This document shows, piece by piece, positions 25,573-35,162 of a stretch of 64,000 nucleotides of DNA. Source of the DNA: a virus (taxonomy: Duplodnaviria; Heunggongvirae; Uroviricota; Caudoviricetes; Herelleviridae); the IMG/VR virus record IMGVR_UViG_2974502414_000001. One strand, given 5' to 3'. Both the position numbers and the translations under genes were made by a program. Below the pieces are notes generated by a model, which did not search any database, had not been told where the DNA came from, and saw nothing but the letters and a program-made list of their open reading frames with translations. Positions within the stretch are counted from its first letter, which is position 1. Every line of letters begins with the position of its first letter.

Positions 25573-26461
25573 CTATAGTATCTCCTTTTTCTTCTAAAAT
25601 TTCTCTTAAAATATGTGGCATTTTTTTCTTAATTTGTTTATCTACTATTTTCAGTATATTTTCTTTTTCTTCTTCCATAATATCATCAACAAAGTTTTGA
25701 CCTACTTGTTTCATAATTAGACCGAAGTTTTCTAATTCTAAATCATCTTCAGATAATCTATCTTCTTCTATAGCCCTAAAAATCATTTTTTCCATTCTTG
25801 CTCTTGTAATGGCATAATCTGCCACTGACTCGTTCTTTTTTACTTCTGTTTTCATTTTTTGACGACTAAATTCTTTAAACTCATTAGATACTAATTTAAA
25901 GTAGTCATCATATTCTGATTTACCATCTAAGTATTTAATTACTATACCTTCACCCTTATCAGGTTTAACTGTCATGTCAGATTTTCCTACTAATTCTTGA
26001 ATTTCTTCAGGTTTTAAATCATTTAAGTAGTGAGATGGTTTAGATACTAGCAAAGTTTTAACGGTTTTTAACCCTAAATGATGTGCAATTACATTCATGT
26101 CTTCTACTGATAAATAAACTTCATTTTCTTTATCATAAACATCAAATACATAAAAATTGTTGTAAAATTCTTCTTTGTACTGAATCTTATGTTTGACTAA
26201 CCATTCACCAAAAATAATGTATTTTTCTAAGGCTGATACGTACGTATTTCTTACATTTATATTTTCATGTACCCAATCATAAAAACCATTTAAAGTTTCA
26301 TTCTCATTTAATTTTTTTCTACGTGAAAAACATACTAATTCACCATTTTCTACTGTGAAGCTTGCATTACTTCCATCTAATTTTTCTTGTACAACTAGAC
26401 CTCTTTCTTTAAATTTATCTAGTACAATACCTTTATTTTTTACTTTAGTATACGATTTCAT
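25565..26461 (-). CDS. RNA ligase (Rnl2-like nucleotidyltransferase)
   Basis: 298 aa; motif I KLDGSN, motif IV EGIVIK. Confidence 0.7.
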   Translation of the reverse strand: MKSYTKVKNKGIVLDKFKERGLVVQEKLDGSNASFTVENGELVCFSRRKKLNENETLNGFYDWVHENINVRNTYVSALEKYIIFGEWLVKHKIQYKEEFYNNFYVFDVYDKENEVYLSVEDMNVIAHHLGLKTVKTLLVSKPSHYLNDLKPEEIQELVGKSDMTVKPDKGEGIVIKYLDGKSEYDDYFKLVSNEFKEFSRQKMKTEVKKNESVADYAITRARMEKMIFRAIEEDRLSEDDLELENFGLIMKQVGQNFVDDIMEEEKENILKIVDKQIKKKMPHILREILEEKGDTIDG

Positions 26462-26685
26462 TAATTATCCTCCTTTGAATTATGTACTATAGAAAACAAA
26501 ATAAGACTTACGCTTGCTAAAAATGCTAATACTACTAAACCAGGTAAATTTAAAACTGTTGATAAGAATAATGATATTGCACTTATAACATAAACTAGAC
26601 CGCTTAGAAATAAAGTTAATAATACAATTGTTATAAGTTTCACCAACCAATTGTTATTAATAAATACCTTAGCTAAATAATTCAT
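26461..26685 (-). CDS. small membrane protein (74 aa)
   Basis: ORF track; 2 TM. Confidence 0.5.
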   Translation of the reverse strand: MNYLAKVFINNNWLVKLITIVLLTLFLSGLVYVISAISLFLSTVLNLPGLVVLAFLASVSLILFSIVHNSKEDN

Positions 26686-26715
26686 AAAAAAATCCTCCTT
26701 AGTTATTATAGAATA

Positions 26716-26744
26716 ATTATACCATAACTAAGGGGATTTGTCAA
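26716..26744 (-). promoter_or_regulatory. promoter TTGACA-17-TATAAT
   Basis: reverse-complement reading. Confidence 0.55.
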
Positions 26745-26753
26745 CATATTATT

Positions 26754-27494
26754 TTACCATTTAAAATTATCTGCATATTGTGCAAGCTTAGAGCGGAAAT
26801 TAACTGTAAAATTATGAAATACTGCTCCTTCATAATTTTTAAAGTATTCCATATAATCTCCAAAACCTGATTTACTTTCGTTCTTTAAATCTATTTGTTT
26901 AAAATTACCTTCTACTATTACAGTAGAATTTTTTGTATGAACCCTTGTAAGAACTTTTTTAAGTTCACTACGTTTAAAGTTCTGTGCTTCATTTATAATT
27001 ATAGTAGCATCTCTTAGATTTCCACCTCTTAGGAATAGATGGGATATTTGAGATACCCAACAATCTCCTAGTTTATCTTCTTTAACATTATCTTCCATCA
27101 TTAACATTTCAGTTATTTGTTGTTCAGGATTCATATTAAGTTCAATAAGGGCATCATGTAATCCCATGAAATAAGCCATTTCTTTTTCTGTCTGATTACC
27201 TGGTCTGCTTCCTAAATCTTCTGATACTGGTGAAATTATAAATACTAGCTTTCTATTTTTATTAAGATAGTCTGCGTAAGCACAGGCTACTGAGCACATT
27301 GTTTTACCTGTACCGGCTTGACTCTCATTCCAAAGTATTTCAACATTATCATTAAAGAAATCCTCACAGAAATCTAACTGCTCGGTTGTAGCTTTTTCAA
27401 GGAATTCATTAAAGACTAGATGTTCTCCCATGTTGTATCTTACATTAGGATAATCTTTTAACTTAAAGTCTAACTCTTTTAGTTGTATTGCCAT
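26754..27494 (-). CDS. phoH: PhoH-like ATPase
   Basis: 246 aa; Walker A QAGTGKT. Confidence 0.8.
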   Translation of the reverse strand: MAIQLKELDFKLKDYPNVRYNMGEHLVFNEFLEKATTEQLDFCEDFFNDNVEILWNESQAGTGKTMCSVACAYADYLNKNRKLVFIISPVSEDLGSRPGNQTEKEMAYFMGLHDALIELNMNPEQQITEMLMMEDNVKEDKLGDCWVSQISHLFLRGGNLRDATIIINEAQNFKRSELKKVLTRVHTKNSTVIVEGNFKQIDLKNESKSGFGDYMEYFKNYEGAVFHNFTVNFRSKLAQYADNFKW

Positions 27495-27545
27495 ATTTTA
27501 AAGTTCCCCTATCTATAAATAGTTTTACTCTCTTTTAATATAGTA

Positions 27546-28160
27546 CTAATTTCCGATATATTCTCCTGTTGAAGAGCAATAATTACTACATTCACATTCA
27601 GGGTAGTTATCACAAACATCTTCATCTTCTACATCATCATAACCAATATCATAATTATTATAATTAAAATCTACAATACAATTTTCACTATTACCTTTAG
27701 ATAATCCTGTATAAATAATATCATCCACAGAATCCCAATCGTTATCTGCCAAGTAATTTACACTATCTAGTACTGATTCATTATCAGGTAAATAAATACT
27801 ACCGTCTGAAAATTTAATTAAAATATCACCTTGAGGTAAGGTATCATTAATTAAATCAATCTCTGTTTCTTCTTCAATAGTGAATACAGTTCCTTCTAAT
27901 CTTTCCGGTGTAGTATGTGTTAAATGTTTTACAGTATCCCCTGATTCTTCATAGAATCCTACTGCATTCATATCTTTATTATATTTTGCAATAAATTTAC
28001 CATTGTCACTTACCAAATATTGACTAGTTGCATTATAGTCGTTTGCGTCATCTACTGTCATGCAAGGGTTATAATCTTTAACATAATAACTAATTTTCCT
28101 AACATCTGCTGTTTGTACTTTCTTACCTTCACCTTTAATTACTGAATTAATTTTCTTCAT
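27546..28160 (-). CDS. hypothetical protein (204 aa), Cys-rich C-terminus
   Basis: ORF track. Confidence 0.5.
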   Translation of the reverse strand: MKKINSVIKGEGKKVQTADVRKISYYVKDYNPCMTVDDANDYNATSQYLVSDNGKFIAKYNKDMNAVGFYEESGDTVKHLTHTTPERLEGTVFTIEEETEIDLINDTLPQGDILIKFSDGSIYLPDNESVLDSVNYLADNDWDSVDDIIYTGLSKGNSENCIVDFNYNNYDIGYDDVEDEDVCDNYPECECSNYCSSTGEYIGN

Positions 28161-28175
28161 AATATTTTCTCCTTT

Positions 28176-28601
28176 TTATATATCAATTGATTTTTTTGCA
28201 AGATTATCGGCATAGTCATTCCATTTGTCATTTGAATGGCTCTTTACTTTTACAAAGTTTATATCTATTACTTTTTGGTATTCTCGTATCATATTAATAT
28301 ATGTTTTACTTAGAATATTTCTTGCAGACCAAGTACCTTCATACCAATGTATTAAACCAATATAATCTATATAAACTATTGCCTGATTGTATCCTAGTTT
28401 TATAGCCTCTTCAATACCATAACAACAAGCCAATATTTCACCTGCAACATTATTATACTTTATTAATCCTGGTTTGTCAACACTTTTACTAATTTCCGAT
28501 ATTATATTTCCTTCTTTACTTACCAAGACAGCACCTGAGCCTACTTTACCTTTATTATATGAGGAGCTACCGTCTGTGTATATATTTACACTATCCTGCA
28601 T
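28176..28601 (-). CDS. ribonuclease H (start moved to MQDSVNIYTDGSS)
   Basis: YTDGSS, E, D, H..D catalytic pattern; RBS GGAGG before internal ATG 28601; track ORF extends to 28730. Confidence 0.7.
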   Translation of the reverse strand: MQDSVNIYTDGSSSYNKGKVGSGAVLVSKEGNIISEISKSVDKPGLIKYNNVAGEILACCYGIEEAIKLGYNQAIVYIDYIGLIHWYEGTWSARNILSKTYINMIREYQKVIDINFVKVKSHSNDKWNDYADNLAKKSIDI

Positions 28602-28782
28602 ACTTATAATCCTCCATAAATTGAGGGAATTCACAATCTGAATAGACTTCTCTGCAAAAAGATACTGAGATATAGTTAAAATCAAAACATTTGAAACAGT
28701 GTTCTTGAACTTCTTTTTTATCTTTAGCAATCACATTAAATTTAAAACCATCAGCTATTACTGTAAATACTCCTTTTTTCAT
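28591..28782 (-). CDS. small Cys-rich protein (63 aa) overlapping RNase H start by 11 nt
   Basis: ORF track; CFKCFDFNYISVSFCREVYSDCEF. Confidence 0.45.
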   Translation of the reverse strand: MKKGVFTVIADGFKFNVIAKDKKEVQEHCFKCFDFNYISVSFCREVYSDCEFPQFMEDYKYAG

Positions 28783-28804
28783 AAAACAAATACCTCCACT
28801 AATT

Positions 28805-29446
28805 TTATTTTAAATTAATAACTAACTCAATAAATGATTTAATAGTTTTATTTTTACCTTCATCAATATCTGAAAAGAAATTAATTAAACTGTCATCCTC
28901 ATCAAATAAATCTTCAACATCATCAAATTTATTTAATATGTCTGTAACACTGTAACCCTCTTCTGATATATACTCATGTAAGTCTTCTCCATCTTCTGAC
29001 AGTGTTGCTTCTATTTTACCATTTTTACTTTCAATTAAATATAAAGTATTTAACACTTTAACAGAATCTACAACTACACTGTAGTTACTAATAGTAGGAT
29101 ACTCTGTATAAAGTATTTCTACATTAGTATTCATATAACTATCAATTACAGAGTTAACTGTATCTCTTTTTAGCTCAGATACATTATGTTTTCGTATAGT
29201 AGGAAATTCTTCATCATATTCTACTAATTCTTTTCTATCTGTATTCAATAACTTGTCTAAAGAGGACAACAATACTATTTTATATTGGTTATCAGGAAGA
29301 CTGTCTGTAATTTCCATTATTGTTAAAAACGTATCTTCACCTAGAACTTTGTTTATATCTTGTAATTCAAATGAATCTACCATTTCAATAGTATCATCTA
29401 TATCATCTGTAGTCATTAAAAAATTAACTAAATTATTATTCTCCAT
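28805..29446 (-). CDS. acidic hypothetical protein (213 aa)
   Basis: ORF track. Confidence 0.5.
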   Translation of the reverse strand: MENNNLVNFLMTTDDIDDTIEMVDSFELQDINKVLGEDTFLTIMEITDSLPDNQYKIVLLSSLDKLLNTDRKELVEYDEEFPTIRKHNVSELKRDTVNSVIDSYMNTNVEILYTEYPTISNYSVVVDSVKVLNTLYLIESKNGKIEATLSEDGEDLHEYISEEGYSVTDILNKFDDVEDLFDEDDSLINFFSDIDEGKNKTIKSFIELVINLK

Positions 29447-29666
29447 CGTCTTCCTCCAATTCTTTAAATAACTCTTTTCCTGGAGTATTTAACGCTTTCT
29501 CTAACCGCATTAAATTATCACTTCTTGGTTTCTTTTTTCCATACTCCCAATAAGATATAAGAGAGTAATGAACACCTATCTCAGAAGCTAGACTTCTTAA
29601 CGTATGTCCTTTTTCTACTCTAATTTTTTGAAGGTTTAGAGGTTTACTTTCCTTTTTTTCATCCAT
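29436..29666 (-). CDS. XRE-family helix-turn-helix transcriptional regulator
   Basis: 76 aa; LRSLASEIGVHYSLISYWEYGKKKP. Confidence 0.7.
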   Translation of the reverse strand: MDEKKESKPLNLQKIRVEKGHTLRSLASEIGVHYSLISYWEYGKKKPRSDNLMRLEKALNTPGKELFKELEEDDGE

Positions 29667-29668
29667 AA

Positions 29669-29896
29669 TTATTTCTCCTCTACTTTTAAAAATTTAAAAT
29701 CCTCAGATGCTTTTGCATTTTTTAGTATATACTCTTGTGATTTATTTCTTGCCTCTGCCTTACTTTTAGCATATAACTCTATATGAAATACATGAGGTTT
29801 TTTTAAAGACGGTGACTCGTATCTCCAATAAACTTTAAAAAGTAGTGTTTCTTTTTTTAAAACATTAATTCGAAACCATCTTTTAAATTTATTCAT
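29669..29896 (-). CDS. hypothetical protein (75 aa)
   Basis: ORF track; promoter TTGACT-17-TATAAT at about 29905-29935 on minus strand. Confidence 0.5.
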   Translation of the reverse strand: MNKFKRWFRINVLKKETLLFKVYWRYESPSLKKPHVFHIELYAKSKAEARNKSQEYILKNAKASEDFKFLKVEEK

Positions 29897-29965
29897 TCAT
29901 TATCCTCCTCTATTTATTTGTTAAACTAATTATAGCATAGTTAACTTATGAAGTCAACTATAATA

Positions 29966-29998
29966 TACAAAAAAAGACTAAGAAATTAATCTTAGTCT
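29966..29998 (-). terminator. intrinsic terminator AAGACTAAG-aaattaat-CTTAGTCTT plus T-run (minus)
   Basis: read directly. Confidence 0.65.
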
Positions 29999-30005
29999 TA
30001 ATATA

Positions 30006-30698
30006 TTAATAACTATTATGTGCGTTGTGGTATGCAAGAGCTCCTGATGTTGAACCGTAACGGTCAATCATATATTGTTTTGCACCTTTAGTTTGTTCTG
30101 CTATAGAACCACCACTCCATGATTTACCTAATCCTTGGAATAATCCTTGAGCTCCTGATGATGCATTAACAGCATTAGGGTTCATTGTAGATTCACGCAT
30201 AGCAATTTCAATCATTGCCTCGTCTCCACCTGCTTGTCTAATCTGTTCTGCTACAGAGCCTCCTGTAGAACTAGTTGATTGTGTAGGTTGTTTAGTTTCC
30301 TTTTGAACTGGTGCTGATGTTGTTTGTACTTCTTTTTTAGTATCTTGTTTATTTTGAGTATCAAATTGTGCTTGTTGTTGGTCTACTTTTTGTTCAGGTG
30401 TTTGTTCTTCTCCTGCTAATCTAGATACTGTATTATCTACTTGAGTTGAGCCTGAATGGTATTCATAACCAAAGTTACCATTATAATTATAGAAATGATA
30501 AGTAAATTCACCATCACTAAAAGAGAAATCATAATTACCTGCTTGAATTGGTTTTGTATTTACTTCTGCTGAATTTGATTTAGCTTGTTCTGCTAACTTA
30601 TTATAATCAATTTCGTCTGCACTAGCTTCATTTGTAGCAATACCTCCAAAAGTAATAGCTGTACCTAATGCTAATGTTGCAAAAATTGTTTTCTTCAT
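30006..30698 (-). CDS. secreted lytic-transglycosylase-like protein (IsaA/SceD-like C-terminal domain)
   Basis: 230 aa; signal peptide; EAMIEIAMRESTMNPNAVNASSGAQGLFQ. Confidence 0.65.
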   Translation of the reverse strand: MKKTIFATLALGTAITFGGIATNEASADEIDYNKLAEQAKSNSAEVNTKPIQAGNYDFSFSDGEFTYHFYNYNGNFGYEYHSGSTQVDNTVSRLAGEEQTPEQKVDQQQAQFDTQNKQDTKKEVQTTSAPVQKETKQPTQSTSSTGGSVAEQIRQAGGDEAMIEIAMRESTMNPNAVNASSGAQGLFQGLGKSWSGGSIAEQTKGAKQYMIDRYGSTSGALAYHNAHNSY

Positions 30699-30884
30699 AA
30701 ATTTAAAACTCCTTAAATAATTTTTTAGAATTGTTTATTTGTAAACCGACATAAGTAATCATAACATATATCTTTAAATAACGCAAGTATAATATAGCAC
30801 TAATTAGTGTAATATTATTAAGGTTTTATTACAAACATTACAGTTATCAGATAATTAAATACAAAAAAAGAGAGGTAATTATAT

Positions 30885-31520
30885 TTACCACTCTCCAGTT
30901 TCATTATATTTATTTATTACATTATCTCTTAATTCTATAGCCTCTTCTAAAGATTTTGCACTAAAATATTTAACTTTATTTTTTCTTACAATTTGTATAT
31001 TATATACATTATTTGATTTTTTGTATATATTATGTGTACTTTTCTTTCTTATATTAGTTGAGTTTTCAGACCTAGTAGACCACTTAACATTACCAGGTTC
31101 ATAATTACCATCATTATTTATTCTATCTATTTGATAATTTTCATTCGGAGGGTCTCCCATATAGTCGTAGAATTTTTTAAAATCATTCTTCCATTCTTCA
31201 CATATTTCTATACCCCTTCCTCCATAGTTTTTATAATTTATAGCGTTAACATCGTAACAACGCTGTTTCATACCTAACCATCTTTGGTACATTGGGTTAC
31301 TGGATAATCCATGGGTAGTATTCCTTTCTCTCATTAACTCACTATGAATTTTATTACTCTCACACCCACAAGATTTTATTTTACCTTGCCTTAAAGTGGA
31401 GCTTCTAACTATTATTACTTCTCCGCATTCACATAAACATTCATACATTTTACATCTTGATTTATCCCTCTTACTAGACTCTTTTATAACTTTTAGTTTA
31501 TTAATAGTTTCTCCAATCAT
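30885..31520 (-). CDS. free-standing HNH-family endonuclease-like protein
   Basis: 211 aa; Cys cluster CLCECGE...CGCE and C-terminal DRINNDGNYEPGNVKWSTRSEN. Confidence 0.65.
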   Translation of the reverse strand: MIGETINKLKVIKESSKRDKSRCKMYECLCECGEVIIVRSSTLRQGKIKSCGCESNKIHSELMRERNTTHGLSSNPMYQRWLGMKQRCYDVNAINYKNYGGRGIEICEEWKNDFKKFYDYMGDPPNENYQIDRINNDGNYEPGNVKWSTRSENSTNIRKKSTHNIYKKSNNVYNIQIVRKNKVKYFSAKSLEEAIELRDNVINKYNETGEW

Positions 31521-31586
31521 AATATCTCCTCCTATAATAAAACTATAGCATAAAAAACCACCTATGTCAATAGGTGGTTAAACATA

Positions 31587-32378
31587 TTATTTATTTAAGT
31601 TTGTAATAACACTATCTGAACCTATACTAATAGGTTGTTTTCCATTCCATTTTTCAATTAATTGTTGTTGTAAAACTTCCTCTGTTAAGGATTCACTTCT
31701 AATGTCATTGGCTTTCTTTTCACCTTTTGCTTCAATTTCTTTCTTTTTAGCGTTTTCTTCTGCTATTTGCTTATCAACTTTAGTGCGCTCTAGTTCTTGG
31801 TTTGCTTTTACTCTCTCATCAATTGCTTTTTGAGTATTTTTATCTGCAGTTGGGCTTGATAATGCAATATCATCAATAATAAAACCTTGCTTTTCTAAAT
31901 TATCATTAAGTTTATTTAAAGTATCTTGTTTAATTTCTCCTGTTTTTACACCAAAAGCATCAATTACAGAGTACTTAGAAATTGCTTGTCTAACATTATC
32001 TTGTACTCTAGAACGAAGATACCCTTTTTCAAGTTCTTCTATGTCAGCACTTCCGAATCTATTAAAAAGGTTTACTGCCTTAGTTGCATCTACTTTATAA
32101 GATACATCAATGTCTAATTTAATATTTTTACCATCTGAAGTTGCTACATTTAAATCTTTATATTTATGTGTTTGTGTTTTAGTTGGGTATTTATTTACCT
32201 TATCAAAAGGTGCTGTTAAATGCCAACCCGGTGATTTAGTATCTTCCTTAACACCATTTACTGAGTATACAACTCCAACATGACCTTGTGGAATCTTAGT
32301 AATACACATTAATAAAATAATAAACCCTATAATTGCTAAAAACCCTAATACTCCTGAAATAACTACTGACTTTCTCAT
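31587..32378 (-). CDS. SPFH/band-7 (prohibitin/HflK-like) domain membrane protein
   Basis: 263 aa; N-terminal TM then GHVGVVYSVNGV...LDIDVSYKV band-7 pattern. Confidence 0.7.
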   Translation of the reverse strand: MRKSVVISGVLGFLAIIGFIILLMCITKIPQGHVGVVYSVNGVKEDTKSPGWHLTAPFDKVNKYPTKTQTHKYKDLNVATSDGKNIKLDIDVSYKVDATKAVNLFNRFGSADIEELEKGYLRSRVQDNVRQAISKYSVIDAFGVKTGEIKQDTLNKLNDNLEKQGFIIDDIALSSPTADKNTQKAIDERVKANQELERTKVDKQIAEENAKKKEIEAKGEKKANDIRSESLTEEVLQQQLIEKWNGKQPISIGSDSVITNLNK

Positions 32379-32686
32379 TACATTTCTCCTTTTTCTATTT
32401 CTTTTATTAAGCTATTTAAAGCTTTTTCCTCTTGGTCTATTTCTTGTTTATCGGCTCTAGTTACAATTGATTGTCTACGGTCATTTAAGAATTGTTTTTT
32501 ATACTTTACATATTGTTCTAAACCGTATTCATCTAATGTACCTTGCCTAACTAATTCCCTGTATTGTTTTCTTATGTTACTCTTCTTCTCTTTCATTGAA
32601 AGAAAATCAAATAAATAACTTATACCAAAACCTACAAGGACTAGAAAAACAATAAAAATAGCAAAATATGTTAAAAGTAGTGCCAT
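32378..32686 (-). CDS. membrane and coiled-coil protein (102 aa), putative NfeD-like partner of SPFH gene
   Basis: ORF track; start overlaps downstream start (ATGA). Confidence 0.5.
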   Translation of the reverse strand: MALLLTYFAIFIVFLVLVGFGISYLFDFLSMKEKKSNIRKQYRELVRQGTLDEYGLEQYVKYKKQFLNDRRQSIVTRADKQEIDQEEKALNSLIKEIEKGEM

Positions 32687-32717
32687 GTAATTCCTCCTTT
32701 ATTTGATTACATATATA

Positions 32718-32746
32718 ACTATACACTATGTATTTAATTTTGTCAA
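32718..32746 (-). promoter_or_regulatory. promoter TTGACA-17-TATAGT
   Basis: reverse-complement reading. Confidence 0.5.
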
Positions 32747-32756
32747 CACTTTTTTG

Positions 32757-32787
32757 CAAAAAAAATAGACGGATTTTAAATCCGTCT
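32757..32787 (-). terminator. intrinsic terminator AGACGGA-ttttaaa-TCCGTCT plus T8 (ends lysis operon)
   Basis: read directly. Confidence 0.7.
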
Positions 32788-32798
32788 AAATTTATATT

Positions 32799-33488
32799 CT
32801 ATTTGAATACTCCCCAGGCAACGCCAGGTATTTGATTAGGTGGAACACCTTGACAAGTTCTAACAGGGCAATATACTCTGTTACCGTTGTAAGCATTATA
32901 ACCTATCCAAATGTGACCTGCTTGGATACAAACTTCGTCATATACAATTGTAGCCCCTGACGGTGCGTCTCTGAGTACTGGAGCATTTAAGAATGGAGAA
33001 CCTATTCTAGTTACTATAGGTTGGTTACCATTGACAAATGTTGCATTTTCCGGTTTATACCAAGTTCCGTACTGGTTCTTTTTCCAAGAACCTGTAACTG
33101 GTCTAGTTGCCGGTGTACTTGCGCTACTTGTTTTACCATCTTTAACTACTGTAGAACTTGAAGTTCCTTTATCCATGTAGTTTTTAATTTGTTTAATGAA
33201 ATAATCTTTTAATTTATTCATTATTGCTTGTGATGGTCTTCCTTGTGTTACTGGATTAAATCCTGTATGAAGAACCATAGAACGGTGAGGACAGGCAGTT
33301 GGTACAAATTCCATATGCAATCTTACAGTTTTACGGTTAGGAGTAAGACCCCATTCTTTAAATTTCTCTGCTGTAAATTGGAATACTGCTTGTTCATTTT
33401 TAAGGAATTGAGCATCACTAGCACTCATTGATTGACAGACTTCAATACCTGCAAATCTAAAGTTACCTGAGTTTGCTCCTGTTCCATC
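32799..33488 (-). CDS. lysK: endolysin LysK exon 2 (amidase C-terminal part plus SH3b), begins [27 protein letters not shown]
   Basis: in-frame extension upstream of track ORF 32799..33428 back to 3' splice site after G 33489; exon1 plus exon2 = 495 aa. Confidence 0.8.
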   Translation of the reverse strand, partial: DGTGANSGNFRFAGIEVCQSMSASDAQFLKNEQAVFQFTAEKFKEWGLTPNRKTVRLHMEFVPTACPHRSMVLHTGFNPVTQGRPSQAIMNKLKDYFIKQIKNYMDKGTSSSTVVKDGKTSSASTPATRPVTGSWKKNQYGTWYKPENATFVNGNQPIVTRIGSPFLNAPVLRDAPSGATIVYDEVCIQAGHIWIGYNAYNGNRVYCPVRTCQGVPPNQIPGVAWGVFK

Positions 33489-34364
33489 CGATTATTCAAT
33501 AAAAGACGTAACTCCTTTACCGGTTCTCTTATGAACTCCTTATAGTTTCCTATAAGACTAGACTATATCTTCACCCTAATTTTGTTAGGGGTTCTCCATT
33601 TCGATTTAAGGGATTCTCACCCACTCCATTAACTTGAGCCCTACTCCTATTGACGATTTATTTTTATTGGCACTCGTCCGAGGGATAGTCGTTGAACCTT
33701 AATATTGTTTCCAAATGTATCCGTAGGCTGTTTTTCTCTCTCCTTTGATACATCTTCCTATATTACCACTTCTTTTATTAGAAATACCTAAGAACTCTAA
33801 AGCCTCTTGAGCTGTGTAAAAGACATTCAATAAATTACCTTCTAAGTCATACTGAGCTATATTATAATTTATTTCATTTTTTAATCCTGTCTTTATTGCA
33901 TGTTCTCTGTTCTCGGAATTAGAAACCCATTCTAAATTTCCTACACTATTATCATTTTTACCATTTAAATGGTTAACTTGTTCTTTATTATCAGGATTAG
34001 GTATAAAAGCCATAGCAACTAAACGATGTATTTTAGGTGAATGGTATCGTAACCTTACAAACAAGTAACCCTTGTTATTTTTTTGAAGTTTTAACTTTTT
34101 AGGCTCTTTACCTTTATAAGATATTACTTCTCCTTTATCAGTAATAGTGTAATTTTCATATATTTCTAATCCAGGTATTTCATTTAATTTCTTTTCCATA
34201 ATAACATCTCCTTTACTTAAGTATATAGGAAAGTTATTATGTTGTCAAGTAGTTTTTTAAAACAATATTCTTGGATGCTGATTAGCATAGCTTGATAGCC
34301 TTAGCCTCCCAGTCAATTAAAAGAACTTTCATTATACATTACTGTATAACAGGGCAATTTATTT
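33489..34364 (-). mobile_element. group I intron (876 nt) interrupting lysK, carrying an HNH homing endonuclease
   Basis: exon 1 frame ends ...AWHTG then runs into a stop; last exon nt is U; intron ends in G; 3' region 33489-33698 is GC-elevated and ORF-free. Confidence 0.75.
33699..34199 (-). CDS. intron-encoded HNH homing endonuclease
   Basis: 166 aa; VNHLNGKNDNSVGNLEWVSNSEN. Confidence 0.85.
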   Translation of the reverse strand: MEKKLNEIPGLEIYENYTITDKGEVISYKGKEPKKLKLQKNNKGYLFVRLRYHSPKIHRLVAMAFIPNPDNKEQVNHLNGKNDNSVGNLEWVSNSENREHAIKTGLKNEINYNIAQYDLEGNLLNVFYTAQEALEFLGISNKRSGNIGRCIKGERKTAYGYIWKQY

Positions 34365-35162
34365 ACCCGTGTGCCAAGCAATTTGATTCTTAGCATCTAT
34401 TGCTTCCCATACATAACCTTCAGAGCCGTAGTAATGAGCAATACCATTAGCGTATCTAGCATAACCTGCATTAGCTAATGAATTCTCGTATTGTTGTCCT
34501 GAAGAACGACCTGCATCGTTGTGTATTACCATTCCTTCAGGTTTTTTACCACGTTTATCCATTGTATAGTTAATGTGATTCTTAGAAACTTTTAGTGTTG
34601 CTTTCTTTTTAGGTGCAGGCGTTTTACTTGCGCTTTTCTTAGCTGTTTCTTTTTTAACAGTAGTTCCTGCTTTTACAGGTATTTCAATGAAGTGAGTTAA
34701 TCCGTAATAATTATCTACACGTTTTGTAGGTTTTTTATTAGCATAACCATTCCAGTTTTGCTCTAAAATAGTAAATGTAGAAGTATTACCTCCATCATAT
34801 ACAATACCTATGTGACCCCACTGTTCATAACTACCGGATGTAAATACCGCAATCCAACCTTTTTTAGGTACAGTAGAAGGTTTATTTTCATGTATTTTAA
34901 ATCCAGTACCATAACTCTGTTTAATTTGGTCTTTAGCATTACCCCAAGTTCTAACTTTATTATCTGTTAACCATAAAACATAGTCTGTAATAAGGTCTTG
35001 ACACTGAGCGTGATAGTAACCATCTGCATCAATGGCTCCTGCTTCCATTACACCAAATGATGGGTCATAACTTGTAGCTTTTTTAACTCTGTAAGGGCTA
35101 TCTACTGTTCCTTTTGCATAAGCATCTAAACGTTTATTTATTTCTGCTTGAGTCTTAGCCAT
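34365..35162 (-). CDS. lysK: endolysin LysK exon 1 (CHAP plus N-terminal part of amidase_2)
   Basis: 266 codons [20 protein letters not shown]...AWHTG recognised as LysK. Confidence 0.85.
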
